A stretch of DNA of 64,000 nt, taken from assembly GCF_019059575.1 (NCBI RefSeq), contig NW_024881521.1, positions 601,297 to 665,296 of the forward strand, written 5' to 3'. Every line of letters starts with the position of its first letter. Within the stretch, counting starts at the first letter, position 1. The notes beneath the pieces were generated by a model. It saw only the letters and a list, made by a program, of their open reading frames with translations. It did not search any database and was not told the DNA's origin. Made by a program: the position numbers and the translations under genes. This document shows positions 12,668 to 24,900 of this stretch, piece after piece. Source of the stretch: Amphibalanus amphitrite. Taxonomy: Eukaryota.

Positions 12668-13031
12668 CTGTCGACGTCAGAAGCCAGTTAGTCAAATCAT
12701 AGCCGGCGCGACAGAAATCCTGTCGACGTTAGACAAACTACACATTATAGCTGTCGCGACAAAACTCCTGCCAGCGTCAAACACGAAAGATCATAGCCGG
12801 CGTGACAGAACTCCAGTAACACCTCAGTGAGGCGTTCAGCTGCCGTGACAACAGTCATATCAGTCACTTATCAGTCATCAGTCACACCAGTCATTACTCG
12901 TCAGCACGGTCCGCCACCCCTGGTAAAAACCTCGGTCATACGTTCCTGACTAGCCTAATGCACTTCTCACCGGCCTCATAATTAATGGTAGTGTGAAGAG
13001 GCTGACTAGCCTCACAGCCCCATTGACTTAC

Positions 13032-13120
13032 CTCGGTCACCAGTTTCCTCACGTTGCCGAAACACTCGTGCTTATGGTCCTTGTGGACGCCCAGCTTTGA
13101 CAGGAACCTCCACAGCGTAT
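13032..13120 (-). CDS. NSMCE3: NSMCE3/MAGE-like exon (D-TLWRFLSKLGVHKDHKHECFGNVRKLVTE)
   Basis: aligns with human NSMCE3 ..[29 protein letters not shown]; gggtag acceptor, gag|gtaagt donor. Confidence 0.75.
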
Positions 13121-13544
13121 CTACCCGGCGGAATAGGGACGGGGAATCGCTCCCGTTAGTCACACAAATACAGATCCACGGCGGCGCAGCACCAGCGCTC
13201 GGAGCTCAGACTTAAACTAATGAGATTACTGACGGAACCGGTCGTCATGTCGCTCTACCACAGCTGCGGGGAGCGCATCGGTTTCTGTGGCTCATCACCG
13301 CTCCGAACATGTCGGATTCAAAACCGCAGGGGTTCTGTCTATACCCGTTGCCACAGATCCTGATACCTGGAGACGCTAAGTTACACAGGGCCACCATACA
13401 GGACAATGATACTCTTTATTCTTTGATCATTGATTCTATTGTGATACGCAATTCTAACAGCAAAAATAACCCGCATCTGACAGATAACAATGCCACGTAC
13501 CGCGTACGTCCGTCCGCCGCAGTCGCTCTGATTTATCTACGTAC

Positions 13545-13722
13545 CCTCATCCACGCCGGCGTCCCCACTCATGAAGATGAGCGCCAGTATGGCGACGAGC
13601 AGGCCGTGCTTCTGAAGCTCGGACTCTGCGAGCAGTGGCGGCGCATTTTCCACCACGGGGAGCTGGTTAACTAGCAGCAGGTCCCGCTTGTTGGGCAACA
13701 CCTCCAGCGACATACCAAACAC
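13545..13722 (-). CDS. NSMCE3: NSMCE3/MAGE-like exon (VFGMSLEVLPNKRDLLLVNQLPVVENAPPLLAESELQKHGLLVAILALIFMSGDAGVDE)
   Basis: aligns with ..[42 protein letters not shown] of NSMCE3; ccccag acceptor, g|gtacgt donor. Confidence 0.75.
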
Positions 13723-13904
13723 CTGGGGATGACGATGTTAGAGTTAGCACGGCGGGGAGGGAGGGGTAGCTCAGCTGGATAAACCAGCGAAGGGTCCAGT
13801 GATGTCGGATAAGACTTACATTTAGTTAGGGAGAACGAACACTGGTAGCAACGGGAAGCGTACCAACATGTGCCTACAGTGAGAAAGCGAAGTGGGGAGG
13901 GCCG

Positions 13905-13945
13905 AAGGGAGGAGAGAGAGAGAGAGAGAGAGAAAAAGGGAGGGG

Positions 13946-14006
<61 letters not shown>

Positions 14007-14032
14007 GGGGGGAGAGAGAGAGAGAGAGAAAG
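13905..14032. repeat. (GA)n/(CT)n microsatellite, ~125 bp, in NSMCE3-like intron 1
   Basis: direct reading. Confidence 0.95.
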
Positions 14033-14141
14033 GGATGACACACAGGCATAAATCCCAATCTATTACGCCTCATCCGCTCCCCCCAGTTAGCTCAGTTCCC
14101 TACCCGGTCGGCCCAGAGAGGACACACGCCGCCCCACTCAC

Positions 14142-14489
14142 GTCTCTCAGTTTGACGTCGGCCGCCTGCAGCACCTGGTTCACGTAGCCGCCGTGCTGCG
14201 GCTCCAGCGCCAGGCGGCGCACCTTCTCTCGGCGCAGCGGCTCGCCGCGGCCGTGCGCCGCCAGCACGTAGCGCACCACGCGGGCGGCCAGCCGCTCCTC
14301 CTCGACCGGAGACAGGCGCCGCTGAGAGCGCCGCTGGGTCTGCGACTGCGACTGCGAGAGTGACTGCGACAGCGGCCCGTCCTGGCGGCGGAGAGGGAGT
14401 CGCACAGACGGGTTACAGGCGGTGAACGGGTTATCAGGCGGGGAACGGGAGTGACACATAGGTGTTATATGTGGGGGAACGGAAATCAC
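14142..14489 (-). CDS. NSMCE3: NSMCE3/MAGE-like first coding exon (..RLSPVEEERLAARVVRYVLAAHGRGEPLRREKVRRLALEPQHGGYVNQVLQAADVKLRD); start codon uncertain (ATG at 14489 or downstream ATG)
   Basis: ORF 14100..14489 read to gac|gtgagtgg donor; low-complexity SQ-rich N-terminus followed by MAGE winged-helix start. Confidence 0.55.
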
Positions 14490-14683
14490 ACAAAAGCGTT
14501 ACATAGGTATGGGGAACGAGAAGCGTACATAAGCGTCACAGACGGGAAACGGATTTGAACATAGGGGTTATTGACAGGGAGCGGGATCATTTACCTTCAC
14601 AGGTTATACACGGGAAACGATAGCCGCACTCTTGGGTCACCCAGTGCCTGGGCCATTGGGACCGAGGCATCGTCCATAATATA

Positions 14684-16040
14684 CAGGGTGTCCCATAAGT
14701 TCGTTCTCACATTATGTTTGCATGTGAAACAGAGTACATTGCGTTTTGGTATATTTATGACCCCTCAATGTGCTCCCCATTTAATAGGCAAACACATGAA
14801 TGCATGCTGCGGCATGCCAACCGGCATGTTTGGCTGCATAGCAGGCTTAAAGTTAACCCAGACTGACTTGACATGCGCCGTGAGCTCCTCGAGGCTGGAA
14901 CAGCGCTACGCTTCGACGAGCCTCAACTTGAGCATAACCAACAAATTTTTATGAAATTTTGATCCGATGAGGTGCCTGGCATGTGATCTTGCCACAAACG
15001 CCTGTCACAGTCTGCTTGCACCGCTTTTAAGCTTTGCTTGACCTGTGCACTGATGCACTGTCTTGCCTGAAGATGGGCCTACGACCTCCCGGATGCCATT
15101 TTCTCCTCTATAAATGTGTTCATACTCGCGGTTCGAGTTCAGCTTGAGGGCTGAAATTCCTCCTGGATGTTCTTGGAAAAGCACTCTGCTTCCCAAAACT
15201 GTTTCTGGGTTGCCACTTGTAACTTGATCAACTCCAGAACGCCTATAACCCCACAACACAGTGACCCTGGCCTCTTGCATAGGAACATAACGGGACGAAA
15301 TGAAGGCCTCCTCCTTCGCCCTTATGGGGTTGTTTTCGGGTTTGGACGGGTGTTTCATCTCGAACGTGGACTAGTTAGTCCAGATGACCTGGCTGATGTC
15401 ATCAGCCCCCTAGTTTTGTTTAGCCTCAGGCATAACGAAACTCATGTTTGGCCATTTTAAGACGTTTTTGACTGTTTTGTGCCCTCCGGTAAGCAAAGCT
15501 TAAGTCACCTTGAGTTATGTACCCCGAAAGAACACTCTTAGACAGCTGGTAATCCATCCTGAAAAGTATGTTTACCAACTTTCTAACCCTTTGACCTTTT
15601 TGATGGCCACTTTGGCGCCACACAGTTTTGGCCACTTGGCTCATTCCTGAGGGCTGGCTAGAAAGAGGATAAACTTGCAGTGATTGACTCCCAACAAATC
15701 ATCGGCGTCACTTGCTGACTGTGCGTCCAGTTAGCGATGGATATTGGCTACAGACTGGTAGGCCTCAATCACCCTCAATCGTCGCGAATGGTCACGTGCT
15801 GACTAAATACTGAGACGTACCCGTATCGGAGACCTCTATGTTGCGGCGTTAGCCGTGTCTGTAGGAAGCGGGCTCTCTAGCAAAAACTATTTTGTCTACA
15901 GAAATTAGCTACTGTGGAGCATATTTCTACCACCCATGGCAACCATGTAAGCTCAGTTACGAACCAATTTCAGCGTGCCTTTAAGCAAGAAAGCCTAAAA
16001 ACGTAAAATTTAGGTGAGAACGAACTTATGGGACACCCTG
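14684..16040. mobile_element. non-autonomous Tc1/mariner-like DNA transposon (~1.36 kb), 27-bp TIR CAGGGTGTCCCATAAGTTCGTTCTCAC, TA TSD
   Basis: perfect 27-bp inverted termini at 14684-14710 and 16014-16040, each abutted by TA (14682-83, 16041-42); no intact transposase ORF. Confidence 0.8.
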
Positions 16041-17579
16041 TAGATAACATAGACCGTTACAGACGGGATAGGGACGGACAAGACCGTCAGTATTAGACTG
16101 TCGCACCAGCTGTCGTCAGCGGATAATCAGTTGGATGCCCGGTGAGTCAGTATTGGGGACGACCGTCACTCACGTCATCATCCTGCGTGGCTCTGGTCCC
16201 ATTCTGAGACTGTCTCGGTCTTCCTCGCGGCATTCTTAGAAGCCTGCAAACAAAACAGGTGAGATGAAATCACACGCATGGGTTGTCACCCATTTCCAAT
16301 AAAAATGAACTCAATTATACTGGGTGATTCATTGGCCAATAAGGAAAGAAGTTTACAGCTAAAGCTACGCAACATAAGTTAAAAAAACACACACACATGT
16401 GCATGGACACTGGACAGTAGAGTCGCAACATTAATTGACAAGGGTGAGTTCGTCGTGCAGCACCATCGAAAAAAAAAATCGTTTTCATCTGAGAATCATA
16501 CCGTGAATAAAAGATGCATGCTAAAATAAATGCAAAGCACACTTCTTAAAAATGGCAAACATTCATCCACACACACACCAATGAGCCCACTTACAGACAC
16601 ACACAACCGTCCCTCGCAAAGATAAAGCAAAGTCCGTACCGAATAAAATCGTGTGGCATGGCATACAGGACTAACTAGGCAGTTCACGGATCCAAAGTGC
16701 AGAGCGATCAAGCTGCGAGGTGCGAACCATATTGCCCAGGAAGCCAAACTCGGTTGCATCTCCCCACGCCGAGGGGCAGAGCACTCAACGTGAACGTGAA
16801 CAGCGTCCCACCAAAGCGTCTGGAGTGTAATGTAGAAATTATTATTAGACCAAAAGATGGAAAGGCTTTCGCCGTGATTCCCCGATGTAACAGACTACCG
16901 GTCCCTTATGACGACCCTGCACATGAAATGACTGAAGCCACTGTGCTCAAAAGTTATCTGCATCGCAGCAGCTCTGCAGCCACGGGCGTCACTTTATTGA
17001 TGAAATTTTAGGATAGGGCTCTAATGGTTAACTTTAGGATACAAAAGCCATTCTCACCATGCAGCACCCTGGGGATAAGGTTAAAATTGTGAAATATTTG
17101 GTACGGCTCGGGTCCTACCAAGCCTATACCATAGAGCACCCATGTCTGCAGCCATGTGAAGGTGATGCCCATAAGTGAAATCAAGCAGCTGGAGGTGCAG
17201 GAAGCCCGTGAGGAATGCGATCATAAACTTACCCACGTGGTATATTCCAAGCATTGGTACCAGTGGTCCCTGACTGAGACTCACCAGATGGGCCAGCAGG
17301 ATGGAGTTGCTGGTTATGAGATGAGCTACGCTTAGGAGGCATCTGGTGGGTGTGTATACTATAAACAGTAGGTGTTGGCAGCTTATGGTGGTAATAGTAT
17401 GACTATAGGTAAGACAGCTAACAATAGACCTAGCCAATGCCACACTCAACTGACAGTACCTTTTCTGTATTTGACTATATTTAATCCAATTCCAACAGTA
17501 GGTATTGTTGACCAGGGGTCACCAATAGAAAACCAAACAGCAAACTCCAGAATCTGGCAGTGCACATAATACATATTAC

Positions 17580-18100
17580 TGAGAGCTGTTCACGGGTCCT
17601 CTGTGCGGTCGGATCGTACACAGCCTCCAAACTCCGCCCACCGCGTCCCTACGTCATCCCTCCGTCACCGCACACAGCGACCGCTGTGGTCGGTCGGAAC
17701 ACGGAGGGGTGTTCATGGGAACTGCAAACTGCTGAGGGAGGTGTGTGCGGTGTGTGCAGCAGGCGTGGGGGTAGGGGATGGGTAGGCGGTTCTGTTCTGA
17801 CGTCACGGCTGCGTGCGGTGACAGTCCGCTGTGGCCAGTCCTGACCGGCCACAGCGGTCGCTGTGTGCGGTGACGGAAAGCTGATGCAGGGACGCAGTGG
17901 GCGGAGCTTGGAGGCTGTGTACGGTCCGATCGCACACAGGGCCCGTGAACAGCCCTCGGGACCGGCCACAGGGGACCGTCCACCGAACGCAGCCGTGACG
18001 TCAGAACCGCCTACCCATCCCTTACCCCCACGCCTGCTGCACACACCGCACACACCGCCCTCAGCAGTTTGCGGTGCCCGTGAACACCCCCTGGTCCAAT
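17580..18100. repeat. complex inverted-repeat element: segments X(17580-17690) Y(17715-17815) X'(17845-17955) Y'(17985-18090), where X' and Y' are reverse complements of X and Y
   Basis: direct comparison of the four segments; the long 'ORFs' here on both strands are artefacts of the palindromic GC-rich repeat. Confidence 0.75.
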
Positions 18101-19519
18101 CAATAAATTTTTGAATGACCGCCTTCCCACTGAGCTAGACTGGAAAAATCTATACACTACGCCGGACGCCTAAGGGACCCTCAAGCGCCGAAATTCGGCG
18201 CAAGCGGTTTTGCGTAGAAATTTTAGCACAATTCGTGCCGAAAGTTGAAGCTTATTCGTGTCATATTGTGTCTACCTTTTTACCATTCACGCACCTACAC
18301 ATGCTTATCTATGCCACCAACGTTAAAAAGTTAGATAACAAATAACAAAGAGACTGGATAAAAAGCATTGAACAAGAATGCTTTCCCGACAAGAATGTTT
18401 TTCTGTCGCTATAGTCACGGCTCAAAGTACGGCTCTAGCGAGATTAAGCGGTAGGTTTTGCACTTTTACATTTCCGGTTATATCTCAGAAACTAAACGAT
18501 CTACCATGAAGCCATTTTACACGATCATGGCCGGCTTGTTACCCAACAAGTCGATCGCATCTTCAACACTTAAAAGCTTAGAACGACGAAGATATAGTCT
18601 GAAGTACACTAAATTTTCTAGGTGCAAAACCTACCGTTAAACCCGCGAGACCTGTACCTACTTCCAAAATGAAATGAGAGATGACATGAGCCTGCGATAT
18701 GGATATGGCACTTATAAAACCATGACATTTTCGCGAGCAGCCCGTAGGGCGGTATTGTCTCATTCATTCCAGGACATAAAAGACATAAAGCTCGGGAATA
18801 TCACTCGACATAGCAACAGCACTGGATAATAGACAATCATCCAGAGCACTGAACATTGATCATCAAACTGAACTGCATGCAAAACTTCTGAATGTATCTT
18901 CAGACGACTCAGCGAACAAGCTTCCTCCTAATGTAATTGCACCCCACATTACAGGGCATGGACAGGAACCTTAGGTCTAGTAGTTTGACAAGTCTTCTTG
19001 GGCCCTGTGAAACCCCACTTATAGACTGTTTACTATGGCTGCAGACACAACTTCAGCAATTAGGAGCCTGAAGATCAACCAGCCCAGTCTGCATTTTAGC
19101 TCCAATCATCTGACAGCTGTCACAAATGCAAACCCAGGGGGCTTGGGCAGGGGCAGACCCAGTCACCGATCAGTACTTGACCTGGGCTAATGATTTGAAA
19201 GTAGAGTGCAGCAATTGAAGTGAGCTAAGGTTGGTCTAAGGTAAGTTCTTGCCATCTTGCACAGAAATTTCTAATATCATCTGTTAGTGGCTAGTGCCAA
19301 AATTTCTTTGTCCACCCATGTGCCAGAATTTTTGTGCAAAATTACACCAGAAGCTGCACCAAAATTTCAGCGCATTCTGTCCATCACTCAAAACATGTCA
19401 AAGGCAACATGGATCATCTGGTCACTAAAATGGCTAATGCAACTTCTGCAGAGATGTTCAAGCCATGCTTGACAAATGCTAGGCTGACTCCTTAACCTTG
19501 GGCAGCCTGAGTGATGAGC

Positions 19520-19720
19520 AAGAGGGTTGTTCACGGGCACCGCAAACTGCTGAGTGCAGTGGCCGGTGTGTGCAGCAGGCGTGGGGTTTAGGGGATGGGT
19601 AGGTGGCTATGACATCACAGTGTGGTGAACGATTCCATGTGGCCAGTCCCGATCGACCACAGCGGTTGCTGTGTGTGGTGACGGAAGGCTGACGTAGGGA
19701 TGCGGTGGGTGGAGCTTAGT
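19520..19720. repeat. second copy (Y-X' arrangement) of the 17.6-18.1 kb inverted-repeat family
   Basis: gttcacgggcaccgcaaactgctgag...ggagcttag shares about 85% identity with 17715-17910. Confidence 0.7.
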
Positions 19721-20879
19721 TCTTAGCTGCTACTTCTTGGCTCCTCATTGGTCGAATTCAACTTATTCAGCCGGTGGTCTATTCGTTAGACCAATGACTA
19801 ATGAGACGAGGCCAAGAAGCGCCAGCAATAATTTCCTTGTATGGGGAACGCTGACAGCATGCTGATATAAAAACAGCGACCAAACAGAGCTAAGACTGAC
19901 TGAACAAATCTAATCCAACTACAAGGTTATACTGATACTACCAGTTCATCACTCAATAACTACACTCAAGGCCACTTCACTTTAAATTTATGATTATTTC
20001 TATACTGCTTTCTAATCCATTGGCCTTGCCTGAGATTTTTTGCTCCTCTTTTTAGCTCAATGGCAGCTCAATGGCTCATAGTCACCGTGAATGGCTCACT
20101 TGAGTTGTTGTTGTTGTTGTTGGAATAGGACGCCGGCTCACTTGAGCTCCTACCTAAAAGTTTCATTTAACGTGCTAAAGACGCTCATGGCGCAGGGCGT
20201 ATTATGTTCGCTCACAGGATTTGCAGTTATATTGCATTCGCTAAGTATCTTCTAAGCCAATTGTATGCGAGAAATGTTACAATTCAAACAAACTGCTAGG
20301 CAACAGGTTGCTACTACTTTATCTTCTGAACAGCGACGCTTACCACATACCCGTCAATACCGTTGGCCTTGGTTCAACTCGTTCAACTTGGGTTCAACGG
20401 CTAAAGCGAGAGAAGGAATTCGGAATTTTTCTTATTTTTTTTTTAAATCAGTGTGTACATTTCAATTTCAATTGCTTGAGTTACCTCAGGAAGTCAGGAC
20501 TTCTAAGCTTTTTGAACTGCCAGCCCAAGCCGGCCCGGGGATAAAGCACTATTTGAATATTTTGCTGGATATTTTTCTTCCAAGCTCAAATTGTCTTAAG
20601 TGTTTACCTAAAAGTGTGTTTGTGTGTGTTTGTTCATGTAGACCAAGATGGGTTATGAGTGAACATTGCTTTTTTACAGTACCTACCTACCTATTGGGCG
20701 ATGAGCCTTGCTGGATGTTTTACCTTAACTATAACAGTTGCAAGTGGGTTGCGCTGATGTGGGCTGTGGCCTTGTCATTGACAATTACCTTACCTACCTT
20801 ACCTTCAAGGTGTTCGGGTTAAAGAAGGCCACTTGGCCTGAGGATCCCGCTCTCATCAAGCTCGTGAGGATGTACATAC

Positions 20880-21720
20880 TGGACTCTTAGGGTAAAGGGA
20901 TGTCATACATCTTGTTCTTCCAGAGTTTGTCCAGTCGCGCCTTGAATTGGTTCACCGACGTCGCTGACACCACAGAGTCTGGAAGTGTGTTCCAGTCGTT
21001 GACTATTCTGATACTAAAGGAGTTTCTGCTCACAAGTTTTCTAGCATGTGGTTTGCCCAGCTTCCATCTGTGTCCTCTTGTCCGGTCAGACTCGTTCAAT
21101 GTCAGAAACTTCTCCGGTGTCAGCGCCATGCCTCCGTGCAACAGCTGGTACGCGGTGATCATATCTCTTCGGCGGCGGCGGCAGAACAGTGAAGGCATTC
21201 CGAGGCTATGTAGTCTTTCTCGATATGGCAAGTGTCTCACGGACGAGACCATTCGGGTCGCCCGGCGCTGAACTCGTTCCAGCCTCTTCTGGCTGCCTAT
21301 AGGTACTGAATGGTCCCCATATCGTGTTACCGTATTCCAACAACGGCCTGACCATAGCATTAAAAAGCAATGGTAGCGTGGACTCGTTGATGTTCGCAAA
21401 AGAGCGTCTCAGTACAGCCAGGGTTTGACGAGCTTTTGACACGGCCGCTGATGCCTGTTTCTTGAAGTTCAGGTCGCTGTCGATCACGATCCCAAGGTCC
21501 TTTTCCTCGTCGCTCGCTTCAATCGGGGTACCGTGCAGCGTGTAGGTCAGGTTTGGATGGTGATGGCCAGTGTGCATTACCTTGCATTTCGCGACATTGA
21601 GCGGAAGCATCCATTTCCGAGACCACTCACCAAGCGCATCGATATCGGCTTGCAGGCCCACGTCATCCCGGTTGCCCACCATCCGACGGTAAATCTTCGT
21701 GTCGTCGGCGAAGAGCTTGC
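20880..21720 (-). mobile_element. 5'-truncated, frameshifted CR1/L2-like non-LTR retrotransposon fragment (RT C-terminal thumb plus tail)
   Basis: rc ORFs 21206..21682 and 20887..21399 encode ..FADDTKIY..GLQADIDALGEWSRKWMLPLNVAKCKVMH.. and ..LERVQRRATRMV..LPYRERL..RTRGH..RIVNDWNTLP, typical CR1/L2-clade RT 3' region. Confidence 0.85.
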
Positions 21721-22187
21721 ATCAAATTTGCATGCTGTTAAATGATTTTAAGCCTTTACCTACCTAACCTACCTACTTGAAGTTGCATATAACAGCAGCG
21801 AGAGGTACACAGACTATAATGCACAACATTGTATTACCTGACGACTGTCAGTGAGGTGGGGCTATGCCTAATTTATGATGTGATGCCTCTGCAGTTTTGC
21901 TGCTGTGTCAGGAAGCTGTTGCATATCTTATTTGGAGCTGTGCTAGCCTTACCTCAGTGCAGTGCTTATCGAGGTTATGGTGGCTGGTGCAACATGGCCA
22001 AAGATAATGGTCATTGGGACACAGCATGAGCACACTGCAGTCTGCTGTCCCCTCAGGAAGCTATTGGTCTTTTAGCACTCTTAGATATCTTCCAAGCTTT
22101 GGGGACCAAATTCAAGGCCACATTGAGGTTGGTTTTATTTTCTTAGTTTTCCTAGATGTATTCTCTGAGTAGAGGCATGTGATGCAT

Positions 22188-23534
22188 ACAGCGTGTCCCA
22201 GAGTTGACCGAACGCTGTTAATCAGTGCATAAGTTAAGGGAAAAATAATTGCAGTTTTTTTTTCTTTTTATCGTCCGATATAGCCAGTGAGGGTAGCTTC
22301 GAAATGGCACATGCAATAGACACGCTAGCTACAACATTAGCCGACAATTGTAGCTAAATGCCAGACGATGATGGCTTCAGTCGTTTTACGGGTCTCCCGA
22401 AACTGGTTGTAAGACGGTTTTCATTGACCTCTTGCCGGTGGATACTATAAATATTTTCAATTAACTTTGCATCCAAACTGTTCTCAGGCCATGAGGCATT
22501 TTCTCTCAAAACCAAAAACTCTGCCTACACCACTGTTGCGCTGTTTTTTGACATCTGAAGTGGAGAGCCTCCATGCCTGAACATGACGTGACCTTTGGCT
22601 TCCAACAGATTTGGTTTCCAAAACAAACCCGTTTATGGCCATTCAGTTCACGACAACCAGTTTTTGTAATGCGTGAATATTACCGCAGTAGCAATATGTG
22701 TTAACGGTCGTCTTTGGGGCATCGTATCAAGCTGAATGAGTGCACCGTGGCTCAAAATGCCTCACACTTTGATTTTCGACGAGTTCCTGGCCGTCTCCGC
22801 TGTTGGGGCGTTGTCACCATCTGACGTCCACACACGACTTTTTATGTCGCTTCAAAGGGCAGAATACCTTCGTAGGACCACAAAGTGTGTTTCCATTCAC
22901 TTTTTTGTTGCATATGTTATGATTTATGGCTGCTTTGTAGTGATTTGCGCTGTCTTTCCGTTAGTTTTGGCATATTTTTCAGATGAGGGGCCCCAAATTC
23001 CAAAATTTTGTCGAAGATAGTGGTCAAAAGTAGACTGATGTTTCGTAGCTAACCCTGATCTGTCGTTTAGCTTGTTTTTGGGTAGATGGGTGACGTTTGT
23101 TGTCCATGACATGGCAACCACCCGCTTGACGACTGGTGCATGCTCTTTTTTGGTCGCGGCCCAGGCTTGACGATCAGCTTATCTCTTGCTCTCTTTGGCT
23201 TCGCTCGCTGATATAACTGCAGTTTGCTCACCCCTGCCTGCTTGCAAATGAGCTACTGGAGCTCTGCAGCAAGAACCATGCCGAAAGTCCGTTTACGAAC
23301 TTCAGAATTATTCACCATGAATTTTTTTTTGGTTGCTGAGGCTGAAAACGAAAAAGGACTAGTCTTTGCTGACTCTGGATAATAACTGACTCGAGTCGTG
23401 ACCGGTCACCAAAAACACACAGTCTCCAAGCTCGATAGCTAAGGCATGTCTTATAAAAGTATATCTAATTAGAATCGAGCGCAATCGTACTTTTAGCCAG
23501 GAAATGAATGTTCGCTCAATTCTGGGACACCCTG
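22188..23534. mobile_element. non-autonomous Tc1/mariner-like element copy A (~1.35 kb), TIR CAG(C/G)GTGTCCCAGA(G/A)TT.., TA-flanked
   Basis: termini cagcgtgtcccagagttgacc / caattctgggacaccctg with TA at 22186-87 and 23535-36. Confidence 0.8.
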
Positions 23535-23548
23535 TACATTGTCATCTA

Positions 23549-24900
23549 CAGGGTGTCCCAGAATTACCCGGACATTGTTAATTAGCGTATAAAATAAGGC
23601 AAACATGATTGCGCTTTTTTCTTTTTGTCGTCCTATATAGTCAACTAGGGTGGCTGTGAAATAGCACATGCAATAGATACGCTTGTTACAAGATCAGCCG
23701 ACAATGATTGAAAATGCCAGCCATTGCTGGTCTCAGTTGTTTTACGGCTCTCCCGAAACTGGGCGAAGGCCTGTTTTCTTTGACCTGTTGCCGGAGGATA
23801 ATACGATCATATAAGATAAACTTAACATCAAAGTGTTCCCGGGTCATAAGGCTTTATCCCCCAAAACAAAAATTGCTGCCTACACCACTTTTGCCGCGTT
23901 TTTTACATCTGAAGTGGAGAAGCTCCATGTCTGAACATGGCGGGACCTTTGGCTTCCAATAGATTTGATTTCCAAAACAAACCCGTTCATGGCCATTTGG
24001 TTTACGGCATCCAGTTTTTTTACTGGTAGAATATTACCGCAGTAGCACTTTGTGCTAACGGCTGTCGTTGGGCCATCATATCAAGCCCAATGAGTGCACG
24101 GTGGCTCAAAATGTCTCACAATTTGATTTTCGACGGGTGCCTGGCCGTCTCTGCTGTTGGGGCGTTGTAGCCATCTGACGTTCACACAAGCCTTTTTCGG
24201 GCGGTTCAAATGACAGAATACCTTCGTTAGACCACAAAGTGTGCTTCAATATAATTTTTGTTGTATATGTTATATTTTTGGGATGAATTGTAGTGATTTT
24301 CGCTGCTTTTCCCGTAGTTTTCGCATCTTTTTCAGGCGAGGGACCCCAAATTCCAAAATTTTGCGAAGATAGTGGTGGAAAGTAGACTGATGTTCTTTAG
24401 ATAATCCTGATCTATCGTTTTGCTAGTTTTTAGCTAGATCAGTGACGTTTGTTGTCCATGACAAGCAACCACCCGTTTGACAACTGGTGCATGGCCCTTT
24501 ATGGCCGAGCCCAAGCTTGTCAATCAGGTTTATCTCTTGCTCTCTCTGGCTTCGTTAGCTGATATAATTGCGCTTTGCTCAATCCTAACTGCTTGCAGAT
24601 GAGCTGCTGAAGCTCTCCAGCGAAAACCATGCCGAAAGTCCGTTTACAAAGTTGAAAACGGGAGTTGATTGACCATCGTTGCCTATAAGTGGCTTAAGCT
24701 GAAAACGGAAAAGGACTACTCTTACTTGACTCTAGATAATACTTGACTCGAGTTGTTACCGGCCACCAAAAGCACACAGTCCCCAAGCTTGATAGCTTAG
24801 GGATATCTTATAAAAGTATGATGCTTGTATATCATTAGAATCGAGCGCAATCGTACTTTTAGCCAGAAAATAAATGTCCGGGTAATTCTGGGACACCCTG
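23549..24900. mobile_element. non-autonomous Tc1/mariner-like element copy B (~1.35 kb), direct tandem neighbour of copy A, 10-bp spacer
   Basis: termini cagggtgtcccagaattacccggacatt / aatgtccgggtaattctgggacaccctg, TA at 23547-48 and 24901-02; internal sequence about 80% identical to copy A. Confidence 0.8.

Noticed and set aside
15005-15644. Small ORFs inside the 14.7-16.0 kb transposon (possible transposase remnant)
   Set aside because: No DDE/D34E motifs or helix-turn-helix (HTH) recognisable. The element is treated as non-autonomous.
17081-17449. Minus-strand 122-aa ORF with hydrophobic stretch (..IAFLTGFLHLQLLDFTYGHHLHMAADMGAL..) and several GTGAGT/GTAAGT donors
   Set aside because: It may contain small exons of an unannotated membrane-protein gene, but I could not build a phase-consistent exon chain or recognise a family. 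Left uncalled.
17649-18114. Overlapping ORFs on both strands across the 17.6-18.1 kb repeat
   Set aside because: GC-rich inverted repeat. The ORFs mirror each other and there are no splice signals or homology.
20265-20822. 185-aa plus-strand ORF
   Set aside because: AT-rich, no homology or codon bias like the GC-rich exons elsewhere. Adjacent to a LINE tail, so likely non-coding.
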